DNA of 63,619 bases, from NCBI GenBank assembly GCA_964609095.1, contig CAZSQN010000004.1, forward strand, positions 14,663 through 78,281, given 5' to 3'. This document shows positions 27,807 to 36,615 of this stretch, in pieces. Under the pieces are notes generated by a model. It searched no databases. It was given only the letters and a program-made list of their open reading frames with translations, and was not told the origin of the DNA. The stretch's first letter is position 1; every line of letters starts with the position of its first letter. The stretch is from an uncultured Gammaproteobacteria bacterium (lineage in GTDB: Bacteria; Patescibacteriota; Patescibacteriia; CAZSQN01). Position numbers and translations under genes: made by a program.

Positions 27807-29042
27807 TTATTTTGTCAAGCTTAACAGATAAATCTGCCTAATAACTTTTTGCCCCGGTCGTTCATAGATTAGTCCGCCAGACGGACTCACCTTTATATAT
27901 GGAAGGCGGGTAGCGTCTGCCGGAAGAGGCGGGAGGATAACATAAGGAAAGTTTTTTATCTTTTCGGCAACGGGAATTGATATAATTCCGTTCCTGCTCG
28001 CAAATGACGGGAAAATCATAACTGCTTTTCCGCCCGGCTTTAGGATTTTTTCCCAGTCGCGAAGCGCGGCAAAGTAAATTTTTTCAAGCTCTTCCAGCCG
28101 GCGCCGCGCTTCTTCTTCGGACAAAAGCGATTTTTGAATCGGGCCCAGATACGGCTCGGTAATGATGGCGTCAATTTCTCTTTTTTTAAAATGTTTGGAA
28201 ATTTCTTGCGCTGGGGATTGAAAGACCTTGGTTTTCGCCCCGCTTGTTTCGGGAAAGAATCTTTTTACCCAGCTTATATTTTTTTCCGTTCCCTCCGCCG
28301 CGAATTTTTCCAAGTCCGTTGCAAAGATATTTTTATATCCCATGATCATGGCCTCTGTCGCGATTGTGCCAAATCCGCAAAACGGGTCTAAAATCTCGGC
28401 GGATTTATCCGTTCCGGCAAGATTGATCATTATTCTCGCGACTTTTGGCGGCAGGAGCCCTACTTCCATTTCGCGCGCGGGGCGTCCAAAATCGCGGTAA
28501 GAAAATTCTTCAAATTCCTGCACGGCAGTTGTTTTGCCGACATGAATTTTTGGGCCGTCAAAGATTAATAAAAACTCCGCGCCCCGCGTCAATAATTTGT
28601 TTTTGGCAACCACCACCGAGGAAAGAGTCGGCTCACGGCTTATAACATGCCGGGAAGATATGCCCGCTTTTTTTAACCTTGATTTAATGGCTCCGCCAAG
28701 GCCGCGTGTGTTGATTTTTCTGTTGCAGTATGATGAGATGCCGAAAAATATTTTTTTTGCCCCGTACCGAACTTGTTCTGGTGCGGGGTTTCCCGCAAAG
28801 TATCTTTCAAGATAAGAAAAAATAGAATTTTCCAGTTCCATCGCGCCGCTCTCGCCGATATGTTCGCCAATTTTAATCGCGCCGCCAAGCTCATGCATCA
28901 GCCGTTTGGGATCCAGCGGCTCTTTTGTTTCCGCTATTAACGCTTCGGCGCAAGGATAACTGAAATGCGCTTCAGGCATTTTTGCGTAAAGCTCGGCAAT
29001 GGAAAGCGCCGGGCTGCGGCCGAGGATAAAGATATATTTCAT
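27807..29042 (-). CDS. SAM-dependent RNA methyltransferase (Trm11/UPF0020-like)
   Basis: 411 aa. DPFCGFGTIA (motif I) and ITEPYLGP (a (D/N)PPY-like motif IV). Confidence 0.6.
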   Translation of the reverse strand: MKYIFILGRSPALSIAELYAKMPEAHFSYPCAEALIAETKEPLDPKRLMHELGGAIKIGEHIGESGAMELENSIFSYLERYFAGNPAPEQVRYGAKKIFFGISSYCNRKINTRGLGGAIKSRLKKAGISSRHVISREPTLSSVVVAKNKLLTRGAEFLLIFDGPKIHVGKTTAVQEFEEFSYRDFGRPAREMEVGLLPPKVARIMINLAGTDKSAEILDPFCGFGTIATEAMIMGYKNIFATDLEKFAAEGTEKNISWVKRFFPETSGAKTKVFQSPAQEISKHFKKREIDAIITEPYLGPIQKSLLSEEEARRRLEELEKIYFAALRDWEKILKPGGKAVMIFPSFASRNGIISIPVAEKIKNFPYVILPPLPADATRLPYIKVSPSGGLIYERPGQKVIRQIYLLSLTK

Positions 29043-29111
29043 ACCTCGTTATTATCGCCTAAAAGGCATTACTTGCCAAATCTGCGGCGTTATGTTAATC
29101 TTCGCTGTGAT

Positions 29112-29558
29112 ATGAAGTATGAGCTTTTAGCCATTATTCCGGCCCAATACAGCGAAACCGAATTACCCGGTATTTTTAGCAATCTCTCGGACGCGGTAAA
29201 AGAAGCCGGCGCGGAGGTTATCTCGCAAGAAGATAAGGGAAAAGAAAAACTGGCTTATTCCGTGGGACAAGTAAAATTCGGGCATTTATCGCTTATTAGA
29301 TTTGAAGCCGAACCGGCAGTTGCCAAAAAATTAGGCGAACAATTGCGGCTTAGGAATGACCTGATAAGATATATGATCACCAAAGTTGTTTCTCGGGCGG
29401 CGCCAAAGCCGCGCATTGGTGGTGAAACGGCCAGAAAGGAGCCGGTATTTGCTCCGGTTTCCGGAGAAGAGACGGCAACCGCCAAGAAAGAGGAAAAAGT
29501 TACTTTGGAAGATTTGGACAGAAAGTTAGATGAAATTTTGGGAAAAGAAACCATTTAG
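29112..29558 (+). CDS. rpsF: 30S ribosomal protein S6 (long C-terminal tail)
   Basis: MKYELLAIIP...KLAYSVGQVKFGHLSLIRFEA. Sits in an rpsF-ssb-rpsR arrangement. Confidence 0.85.
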   Translation: MKYELLAIIPAQYSETELPGIFSNLSDAVKEAGAEVISQEDKGKEKLAYSVGQVKFGHLSLIRFEAEPAVAKKLGEQLRLRNDLIRYMITKVVSRAAPKPRIGGETARKEPVFAPVSGEETATAKKEEKVTLEDLDRKLDEILGKETI

Positions 29559-29621
29559 GGTTTAGCGTTTAGGGTTTAGAAAAACTAAACGCTAATCGCT
29601 AAACGCTAATCGCTTAATATT

Positions 29622-30080
29622 ATGAACTTAAACCGCGCCATGATTATTGGAAATTTAACCCGCGATCCGGAAGTCAGGACAACCGGAACCGGGCAGTCGG
29701 TGTGTACGCTCGGCGTTGCCACTAACAGGTCCTGGACCGACGCCAAAGGCATTAAGCAGGATGAAGTTGAATTTCATAGCGTGGTTGTTTGGGGCAAATT
29801 AGCCGAAATCTGCGGGCAATATCTGGGCAAGGGCCGCAAAGTTTATCTTGAGGGACGGCTTAAAACCCGCGAATGGCAGGGACAAGACGGAGTCAAACGG
29901 CAAAAAACAGAAATCATTGCCGAAAATATGATTATGCTGGACCGTGGGCAGGCAAGGGAAGGAAGTCCGTTTAATCCCGTCGGCGCCAACGCTAATAATC
30001 AAGTTCAACCCGCCGTTTCCGCGAGCGCGCTCGCGGCAGCCGCGGATCAGGAGATTAAAGTAGAAGATATTCCTTTTTAG
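29622..30080 (+). CDS. ssb: Single-stranded DNA-binding protein
   Basis: MNLNRAMIIGNLTRDPEVR OB-fold start and an acidic C-terminus ending DIPF. Confidence 0.92.
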   Translation: MNLNRAMIIGNLTRDPEVRTTGTGQSVCTLGVATNRSWTDAKGIKQDEVEFHSVVVWGKLAEICGQYLGKGRKVYLEGRLKTREWQGQDGVKRQKTEIIAENMIMLDRGQAREGSPFNPVGANANNQVQPAVSASALAAAADQEIKVEDIPF

Positions 30081-30150
30081 GGTATAGGGTTTAGCGTTTA
30101 GGGTTTAGAAAAACTAAACGCTATACGCTAATCGCTAAACGCTTAATATT

Positions 30151-30381
30151 ATGCCGAGACCGGAACAAAGACAGCAGAAAGAGGGCGCGTGCCACTTTTG
30201 CGTCAATAATATCAATGAAATTGATTACAAAAATACCGAGCTTTTGCGAAGGTTTGTTTCTTCGTACGGAAAAATTATGCCGCGCAAAAGAAGCAATCTT
30301 TGCGCTTGGCATCAGAGAAAACTGGCCAACGCCATAAAGCGCGCCCGCGTGGCCGCTTTAATGCCTTTTGCGGTTAAATAA
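30151..30381 (+). CDS. rpsR: 30S ribosomal protein S18
   Basis: CHFCVNNINEIDYKNTELLRRFVSSYGKIMPRK. Confidence 0.92.
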   Translation: MPRPEQRQQKEGACHFCVNNINEIDYKNTELLRRFVSSYGKIMPRKRSNLCAWHQRKLANAIKRARVAALMPFAVK

Positions 30382-30442
30382 AATACGAATTTGCGAATGA
30401 TATGCGAATTCCGCGAATACGCGGATTCGTTTTTATTTTTAT

Positions 30443-31435
30443 ATGAATACTTTAGAACGGCTGCGGAGCGATAAATTTTATCGGGAAAATATTGAAGAAC
30501 GTTCAAGAATTATCAGGTCCATCCGGGATTTTTTTTATGCCCGCGGGTTTTTGGAAGTTTCAACCCCGACGCTCTGCCGGCATCCGGGAATGGAGCCGTA
30601 TCTTAATCCGCTGGAGGCCGAAGTTTTTGATGACGAAAAAAATAAAAAAACAGCCGGACTTATCACCTCGCCCGAATACGCGTTAAAGAAATTATTGGGA
30701 GCCGGATTTCCTAAACTGTTTGAACTGGCCCGCGTTTACAGAAACGGCGAGCCGCAAGGCGGGCTGCACAATGCGGAGTTCACCATGCTTGAATGGTACC
30801 GCGCCGGCGCGAATTATATTGATATTATGAATGATTGCGATGAGCTGCTTCAAGAAGTGTCGGAAAATAAATTCGGTAAAAGCGAAAGAATAAAGGTCCG
30901 AGACATATTTTTGGAACGGGCCAAGATTGATTTGGATGAGATCGGCGGCGCGGCTGAGCTTATCCGGTTGGGAAAAGAAAAAGGGTTCCAGACGAAAGAC
31001 GGAGAAGGTTTCGACGATGCCTTTTTTCGCATCTTTATTTCCGCGGTTGAACCGGCATTAGCCGAATATAAAAATCCGGTTATTCTTCACGAATATCCGA
31101 TTGAGTTGGCCGCGCTCTCCATACCGGCCGCAAATCCTCGTTATGCCGAACGGTTTGAGCTTTATGTAAAAGGAGTGGAAATGGCCAACGCCTTTTCCGA
31201 GCTGACAGATCCGGTGGAGCAAAGAAAACGTTTTGAGGAGGAAGCGTTGAAGAGAAAATCGTTAGGTAAAAAGATTTTTTCTGTTGATGAAGAACTTTTA
31301 GAATCATTGCCCAAGATTGGACGAGCCGGAGGAATCGCGCTCGGAGTTGACCGGCTGGCGATGGTTATTTTAGGAGCGGAAAAACTGGAGGATGTCACGC
31401 TTTTCCCGTCAAAAGAATTATTTGATAAGATATAA
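30443..31435 (+). CDS. epmA: EF-P lysine aminoacylase (truncated class II LysRS paralog, EpmA/GenX/PoxA)
   Basis: 330 aa. ITSPEYALKKLL, FTMLEWY, RFELYVKGVEMANAFSELTD and GIALGVDRLAM match class II motifs of EpmA. Confidence 0.85.
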   Translation: MNTLERLRSDKFYRENIEERSRIIRSIRDFFYARGFLEVSTPTLCRHPGMEPYLNPLEAEVFDDEKNKKTAGLITSPEYALKKLLGAGFPKLFELARVYRNGEPQGGLHNAEFTMLEWYRAGANYIDIMNDCDELLQEVSENKFGKSERIKVRDIFLERAKIDLDEIGGAAELIRLGKEKGFQTKDGEGFDDAFFRIFISAVEPALAEYKNPVILHEYPIELAALSIPAANPRYAERFELYVKGVEMANAFSELTDPVEQRKRFEEEALKRKSLGKKIFSVDEELLESLPKIGRAGGIALGVDRLAMVILGAEKLEDVTLFPSKELFDKI

Positions 31436-31437
31436 AA

Positions 31438-33696
31438 ATGATTACCGCGCCCCAAAAAAGAAAACTCGCGTTAACTTTTACCGCTATTTTTTCGGCTCTC
31501 GTTTTGGCAATGGGATTTTATGTTTTTGTTTTGCCGCCTCTTGTGGCGGCCGCGGCCGTTAATTCGGGCAATCTTATCAAGGCCTCGCGGCCGTCGGTTT
31601 ATTATTACGGGGAAGACGGCAAACGTTACGTGTTCCCCAATGAAATGACATACAAAAGCTGGTATGTTGATTTTTCCGCGGTGAAAAAAATTACCGACGC
31701 GGAGCTTGCTTCAATCCCCATCGGCGGCAATGTCACCTATAGGCCGGGCGTTAAAATGGTAAAAATAACCACTGATCCGAAAGTGTACGCGGTGGCCAAA
31801 GGCGGAGTCCTTCGCTGGATTAGGACAGAAGCGGCGGCGCGTTCGCTTTACGGCGCGAATTGGAATCATCTGATTGAGGATGTGCCGGATGAATTTTTTA
31901 CAAATTATTCCGTCGGTTCGCCCGTTAATTCATTTTCAGATTTTGACAGAACCGGCCAAATGGCGGCGGCACCGACTATCAATACTGACAAAAATATTAA
32001 AGCGCTTACGAGCGCGCCTGCTTCGGTTACGCAGCCAAATTCAGAATCAAGTCCGTCCCCGACACCCGCGCCAGAGGCGGCGCCAACTCCCGTTTCAACC
32101 CCCGCGCCCGAGCCGGCTTCAACTCCGGAACCGGTTCCGCCGTCAGGCGAGACGAGAGAGGAAAACGTTCTTGCGCCGCGAATTTTCTTTACTGATATTA
32201 TTAGCGGTCCGAATACCGGCGGACAGGATAACTTAGGCGCTTTTATCACGATTTGGGGCAAGGGATTTGGCGCGAGCAAAGGCAGTTCAACGGTAACAAT
32301 CGGCGGCCAAGAAGCGGCCAAATATGTGATTTGGGGAGAGAATAACGGCATTGCCCGCGATTTGGATATGATTGTGGTTCAGCCGGGGCCAAACGCGAGG
32401 AACGGAAATATAGTTGTTACGGTTAACGGGCGCGCGAGCAACTTCCTGCCTTTTACCGTACGAAGCGGACAGATTTATTTTGTCATTCCCGGCGCGGCCA
32501 ATGCCAGCGATTCAAATTCCGGCGCTTATGCCGCTCCTTTCAAAACGATTTATCAGCCGCGCAAAGTGATGCGCTCCGGCGACATTGTTTACGTTAAAGG
32601 CGGAACATTTAATTCTCCGGATCCGGAGCATCCCGACTGGGACGCTGTTTTACTGTTGGAGCCCGAAGGCGACCCCAACGGAACACCGTCGTCCCCGATC
32701 GCTTATATCGGATATCCGGGCTCTCGTCCGGTCATTGATGGGCGGGGTTCAATGCGCCGGGGAATTATGATGGATCAGGGAATGTCTTATTATGTCATTG
32801 CCAATCTCGGGTTTACCGGCAACGCCGCCACATTGGGGTTGGCTGGCACTGGCCATCGCGCCGTCGGCAATTATTCTTATGATAGCCTTAATTATTCCGA
32901 AGGGGCCGTGATTGGAGTTACCGGGAACAGTTCCAATTTGAAAATATACGGCAACTTTATGCGCAATAACGGCGGAACAGATGAGGGCTTAGCCGGACAT
33001 GGTTTGTACATTCAGGGCTTTGGAACCAACAGGGATATTGATTTTGGCTGGAATCAGATTAAAGACCAGCGCGGCCGGCGCGCCATTCAGCTTTTCGGCC
33101 ACATGGCCGGAGACCGCATGGACAATATCCGCCTTCACGACAATTTGATTACCGGTTCCGTGCGGAACAACATTATTTTGGGAGGCAGCGATGGCGGCAC
33201 GGAAGTGCTTGGCACTATTTATGTTTACAACAACATCATCGCCATTGGCGATGATCAGGGCTTGCGCATTAATGACTCGCAGGGAACAGTTTATATCCAA
33301 AATAATACGTTCTATAACAATGGCTCGTTGGGATACGACGGGGTCGCGCAGATTTACATTGAACGCGCCGGCGTCGGCAAAATCACCGCGCAAAATAATA
33401 TCTTGTATGCCGAAGCCGGGCAAACATATTATCAGCTTGAGCCAGGTGTTAATTCTTCAGTATTAAAGGCCGGCAATAATCTTATTTATAATGCCGGCGG
33501 ATGTCCCGCTTGGGAGTCGGGATGCGTTAACGCCGACCCGCAATTTACGGATAAAAATAAAATGGATTTCCGCCTTAAAGCGGGGAGTCCGTCCATAGGC
33601 GCCGGAGCAAACACGGCTATCAGCGTTGATTATCTTGGCGTAGCCCGGCCGCAGGGCGCGGCCTATGACATCGGCGCCTTTGAGTTTGCTCCTTAA
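31438..33696 (+). CDS. Secreted/anchored protein with IPT/TIG-like and right-handed beta-helix regions
   Basis: 752 aa. N-terminal TM, P/T-rich linker, ITIWGKGFG..VTIGGQ (IPT-like), then repetitive N/G-rich beta-helix-like turns. Confidence 0.6.
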   Translation: MITAPQKRKLALTFTAIFSALVLAMGFYVFVLPPLVAAAAVNSGNLIKASRPSVYYYGEDGKRYVFPNEMTYKSWYVDFSAVKKITDAELASIPIGGNVTYRPGVKMVKITTDPKVYAVAKGGVLRWIRTEAAARSLYGANWNHLIEDVPDEFFTNYSVGSPVNSFSDFDRTGQMAAAPTINTDKNIKALTSAPASVTQPNSESSPSPTPAPEAAPTPVSTPAPEPASTPEPVPPSGETREENVLAPRIFFTDIISGPNTGGQDNLGAFITIWGKGFGASKGSSTVTIGGQEAAKYVIWGENNGIARDLDMIVVQPGPNARNGNIVVTVNGRASNFLPFTVRSGQIYFVIPGAANASDSNSGAYAAPFKTIYQPRKVMRSGDIVYVKGGTFNSPDPEHPDWDAVLLLEPEGDPNGTPSSPIAYIGYPGSRPVIDGRGSMRRGIMMDQGMSYYVIANLGFTGNAATLGLAGTGHRAVGNYSYDSLNYSEGAVIGVTGNSSNLKIYGNFMRNNGGTDEGLAGHGLYIQGFGTNRDIDFGWNQIKDQRGRRAIQLFGHMAGDRMDNIRLHDNLITGSVRNNIILGGSDGGTEVLGTIYVYNNIIAIGDDQGLRINDSQGTVYIQNNTFYNNGSLGYDGVAQIYIERAGVGKITAQNNILYAEAGQTYYQLEPGVNSSVLKAGNNLIYNAGGCPAWESGCVNADPQFTDKNKMDFRLKAGSPSIGAGANTAISVDYLGVARPQGAAYDIGAFEFAP

Positions 33697-33842
33697 GGCG
33701 CGTCTTCTCAAGAATAGAATTATTTGGTACAACACAGTTAACATGAAATATGGAATATGCGGCATGTAACCTGGAATGAGTAGAATAAATTTTAAATTTT
33801 GAACCATGGTTCATGATTCATGCTCCATGACTTGTGAAAAGT

Positions 33843-34403
33843 ATGGAAACGACAGCCGACATCAGCAAAGACATAGTTATCCGTTTTAAGGACGATTTAT
33901 ATATCGTTACGGATTTTCAAAAAATAAGCCCGGGCAAAGGGTCCGCTTTCGTGCGCACGAAATTAAAAAATATCAGCACGGGAAAGGTTTTGGAAACCAC
34001 TTTTAAAGACGGGGAAACGATAGAAATCGCGGAAATTGAAAAAAAGAAAATGCAATATCTTTATAAAGACGCTCACGGCTACGCCTTTATGGACGGCGCG
34101 ACCTACGAGCAGGTAACGGTTCCGGAGAGTTTGGTTGGAGAAAAGGCCGCTTATCTTAAAGATGGGCTGGAAGTTACGATAGTCACTCATGAATCCGTGC
34201 CCATGAACATAGAATTGCCCAAAAAAGTAGTAATGAAAGTGGCCGAAGCGCCGCCCGGCGTTAAGGGCGATACCGCCAGCGGCAATGTGACCAAAGAAGC
34301 GATATTGGAAAACGGCACCAAAGTCCGCGTCCCCTTATTTATAAAAGAAGGCGAAGAAATCGTGATAAATACCGAAACCGGAGCTTATGTGGAAAGGGCT
34401 TAA
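33843..34403 (+). CDS. efp: Elongation factor P
   Basis: VIRFKDDLYIVTDFQKISPGKGSAFVRTKLKN carries the conserved PGKG loop lysine. A GTG at 33834 is an alternative start. Confidence 0.9.
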   Translation: METTADISKDIVIRFKDDLYIVTDFQKISPGKGSAFVRTKLKNISTGKVLETTFKDGETIEIAEIEKKKMQYLYKDAHGYAFMDGATYEQVTVPESLVGEKAAYLKDGLEVTIVTHESVPMNIELPKKVVMKVAEAPPGVKGDTASGNVTKEAILENGTKVRVPLFIKEGEEIVINTETGAYVERA

Positions 34404-34482
34404 AGCCATAGAGCCGTAAAGCTTTGCAGCTAAAAATCACCTCGCAATACTGCGGGGTGATTTTGTTCAATGCTTAGATTTA

Positions 34483-34665
34483 ACTGATATTAGGTTTCCA
34501 TTGTCATTCCCGCCCCCGGTCGCAGCCGAGGGCAAGCTCCAGCGGGAATCCAGAATTTGAACCCGTAGATTCCCGCTTTCGCGGGAATGACAGATAACTG
34601 GCAAAGTTTAAACCTAAATTTTTGGCTAAATTTATAAACAATTTTTTATAAACCTAATACCAGCT
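34483..34665. repeat. ~185-bp TIR/hairpin element, copy 1
   Basis: Termini tgatattaggttt / aaacctaatac. 89-bp core 34503-34591 is gtcattcccgc..gcgggaatgac. The central 17 nt (34551-34567) is the reverse complement of the same segment in copies 2 and 3. Confidence 0.85.
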
Positions 34666-34670
34666 AATTC

Positions 34671-35744
34671 TTATGAAGCTTGGGCGACGGTTCCTTCATG
34701 CTGCGTGGGGAGAATATCCAGCTTGTCTTTTTCGCGCGCGGCCGCGAGCGCCCTGACGCGCACTTCTTTCATCAGTTTTGGATTTTCTCGCAAGAATTGT
34801 TTGGCCGCTTCTCTGCCCACGCCAAATTTAACGTCGCCTTCTCCGTCGGAGAAAGAATAAGTATTGCCGGATTTTAATACCACTCCCAGCGCGACTCCGG
34901 TATCCAGCAGGTCGCCGGGAACGGAAATCCCCTCGTTGTACATAATGTCAAATTCCGTGGCGCGGAAAGGCGGGGCGACTTTGTTTTTGACGATTTTGGC
35001 CTTAACGCGGTTGCCGATAATTTTTTCTCCTTGTTTTATCTGCGCGGCGCGGCGCACCTCAACTCTTACCGAAGCGTAAAATTTTAGCGCCATGCCGCCG
35101 GTGGTGGTCTCCGGATTTCCGAAGACGATGCCGATTTTCATTCTTGTCTGGTTTATAAAGATAAGCACGGTTTTTGATTTGGAGATAATACCGGTAAGTT
35201 TGCGCAAGGCCTGGCTCATCAGCCGCGCGTGAAGCCCCATATGGGATTCTCCCATTTCGCCTTCAATTTCCGCTTTGGGCACGAGCGCGGCCACGGAGTC
35301 CACCACGATTACATCAACCGCGTTTGAACGCACCAATGTTTCCACGATATCCAGCGCTTGCTCTCCGGTGTCCGGCTGGGAGATAAGAAGTTCGTTTATG
35401 TTTACTCCGATTTTGCGCGCGTAATCGGGATCAAGCGCGTGTTCCGCGTCAACAAAGGCGGCCAGGCCGCCGGCTTTTTGCACCTCGGCCACGATGTGCT
35501 GGGCAAGAGTGGTTTTGCCCGAGGCCTCGGGGCCGTATATTTCTATAATCCTGCCGCGGGGAACGCCGTTTACTCCCAAGGCAATATCCAGCGATAAACA
35601 CCCGGTTGGGACGGCATCTACGATCATTCTTCTGGCTTCGCCCAGCTTCATTATGGAGCCATCGCCGAATCGCTCCTTGATTTGTAAAATCGCTTCCTGC
35701 GCGGCTTTAAATTTTCCCGTCTCCTCCTTTTTTTCTTTAGACAT
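34671..35744 (-). CDS. recA: Recombinase RecA
   Basis: [18 protein letters not shown] Walker A. 357 aa with typical RecA sequence throughout. Confidence 0.95.
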   Translation of the reverse strand: MSKEKKEETGKFKAAQEAILQIKERFGDGSIMKLGEARRMIVDAVPTGCLSLDIALGVNGVPRGRIIEIYGPEASGKTTLAQHIVAEVQKAGGLAAFVDAEHALDPDYARKIGVNINELLISQPDTGEQALDIVETLVRSNAVDVIVVDSVAALVPKAEIEGEMGESHMGLHARLMSQALRKLTGIISKSKTVLIFINQTRMKIGIVFGNPETTTGGMALKFYASVRVEVRRAAQIKQGEKIIGNRVKAKIVKNKVAPPFRATEFDIMYNEGISVPGDLLDTGVALGVVLKSGNTYSFSDGEGDVKFGVGREAAKQFLRENPKLMKEVRVRALAAAREKDKLDILPTQHEGTVAQAS

Positions 35745-35870
35745 AATATAAGCTGTTAGCTGTTAGCTTTTAGCTGTTAGAAGTTGAATTTCTAAAAGCT
35801 ATAAGCTACAAGCTGAAAGCTACAAGCTGAAAGCTGAAAATATCTCACCACAAACCATGGAAACGCGCAA

Positions 35871-36560
35871 CTAACGCACGGCCACTGGCTCCTCATAGAG
35901 CACGCGGCGAAAGATGGTTCTCTCCCTGCTTCTCCGTTTTGAAGCTGAAATTTTAATCAGATTCACTCCGCGTTCCAACCGCACTGTTTCTTTGAACTTG
36001 CCCTGCGTGTCGGAGATAACGTCTTCGCCGTTAATTTGGATGCGCGTTTCCGGCTCGGCGCCGCCGCGGACGATTATCTCTCCTCCTCTGGCCACGGCGT
36101 CTTCGGCCGGTTCAAGTATATAAAGTTCCGGAGGCGAGGTTATTTTTTTCGCTTCCAATCCCAAATAAACAAGAAGCGCCAGGCCAAGAAGGCCGAGCAT
36201 TGTCAGGCGCGTGATAAACACGGTGGGCAAAAGATAGGTTTTTAGAACTCCCGCGCTGGGCGCCAGCCGTTCCGGCGGTTTTGTTTTTTTTGTATTGCTG
36301 GTTTCAAGCTCGTAAAGATCCAAAAAAAATCCGCTGTCTCTGCCAAAGGCGCGGGCATAGGCGCGGATAAAATTTTTTATATAAATTTCTTCGGGAAGAT
36401 TTTCATAGCGTCCGGCTTCCAGTTCCGCAAGGTGGCGTTCGGGAATATGCAAAATCGAGGCCATGGCGGAAAGTTTTACGCGCTTCTCTTCGCGCAGCTC
36501 TTGTAGCCGTTCGCCTAGCTTCTTTTCACGGATTAGTTTTTTGGAAAAAAAACCTATCAT
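35871..36560 (-). CDS. HTH-domain membrane protein (RodZ-like)
   Basis: 229 aa. N-terminal XRE-type HTH (LGERLQELREEKRVKLSAMASILHIPERHLAELE), then a TM helix. Confidence 0.55.
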   Translation of the reverse strand: MIGFFSKKLIREKKLGERLQELREEKRVKLSAMASILHIPERHLAELEAGRYENLPEEIYIKNFIRAYARAFGRDSGFFLDLYELETSNTKKTKPPERLAPSAGVLKTYLLPTVFITRLTMLGLLGLALLVYLGLEAKKITSPPELYILEPAEDAVARGGEIIVRGGAEPETRIQINGEDVISDTQGKFKETVRLERGVNLIKISASKRRSRERTIFRRVLYEEPVAVR

Positions 36561-36615
36561 TCTTTAGCGTATAGCGTATAGCGTATAGACGACCTAAACG
36601 CTAATCGCTAAACCC

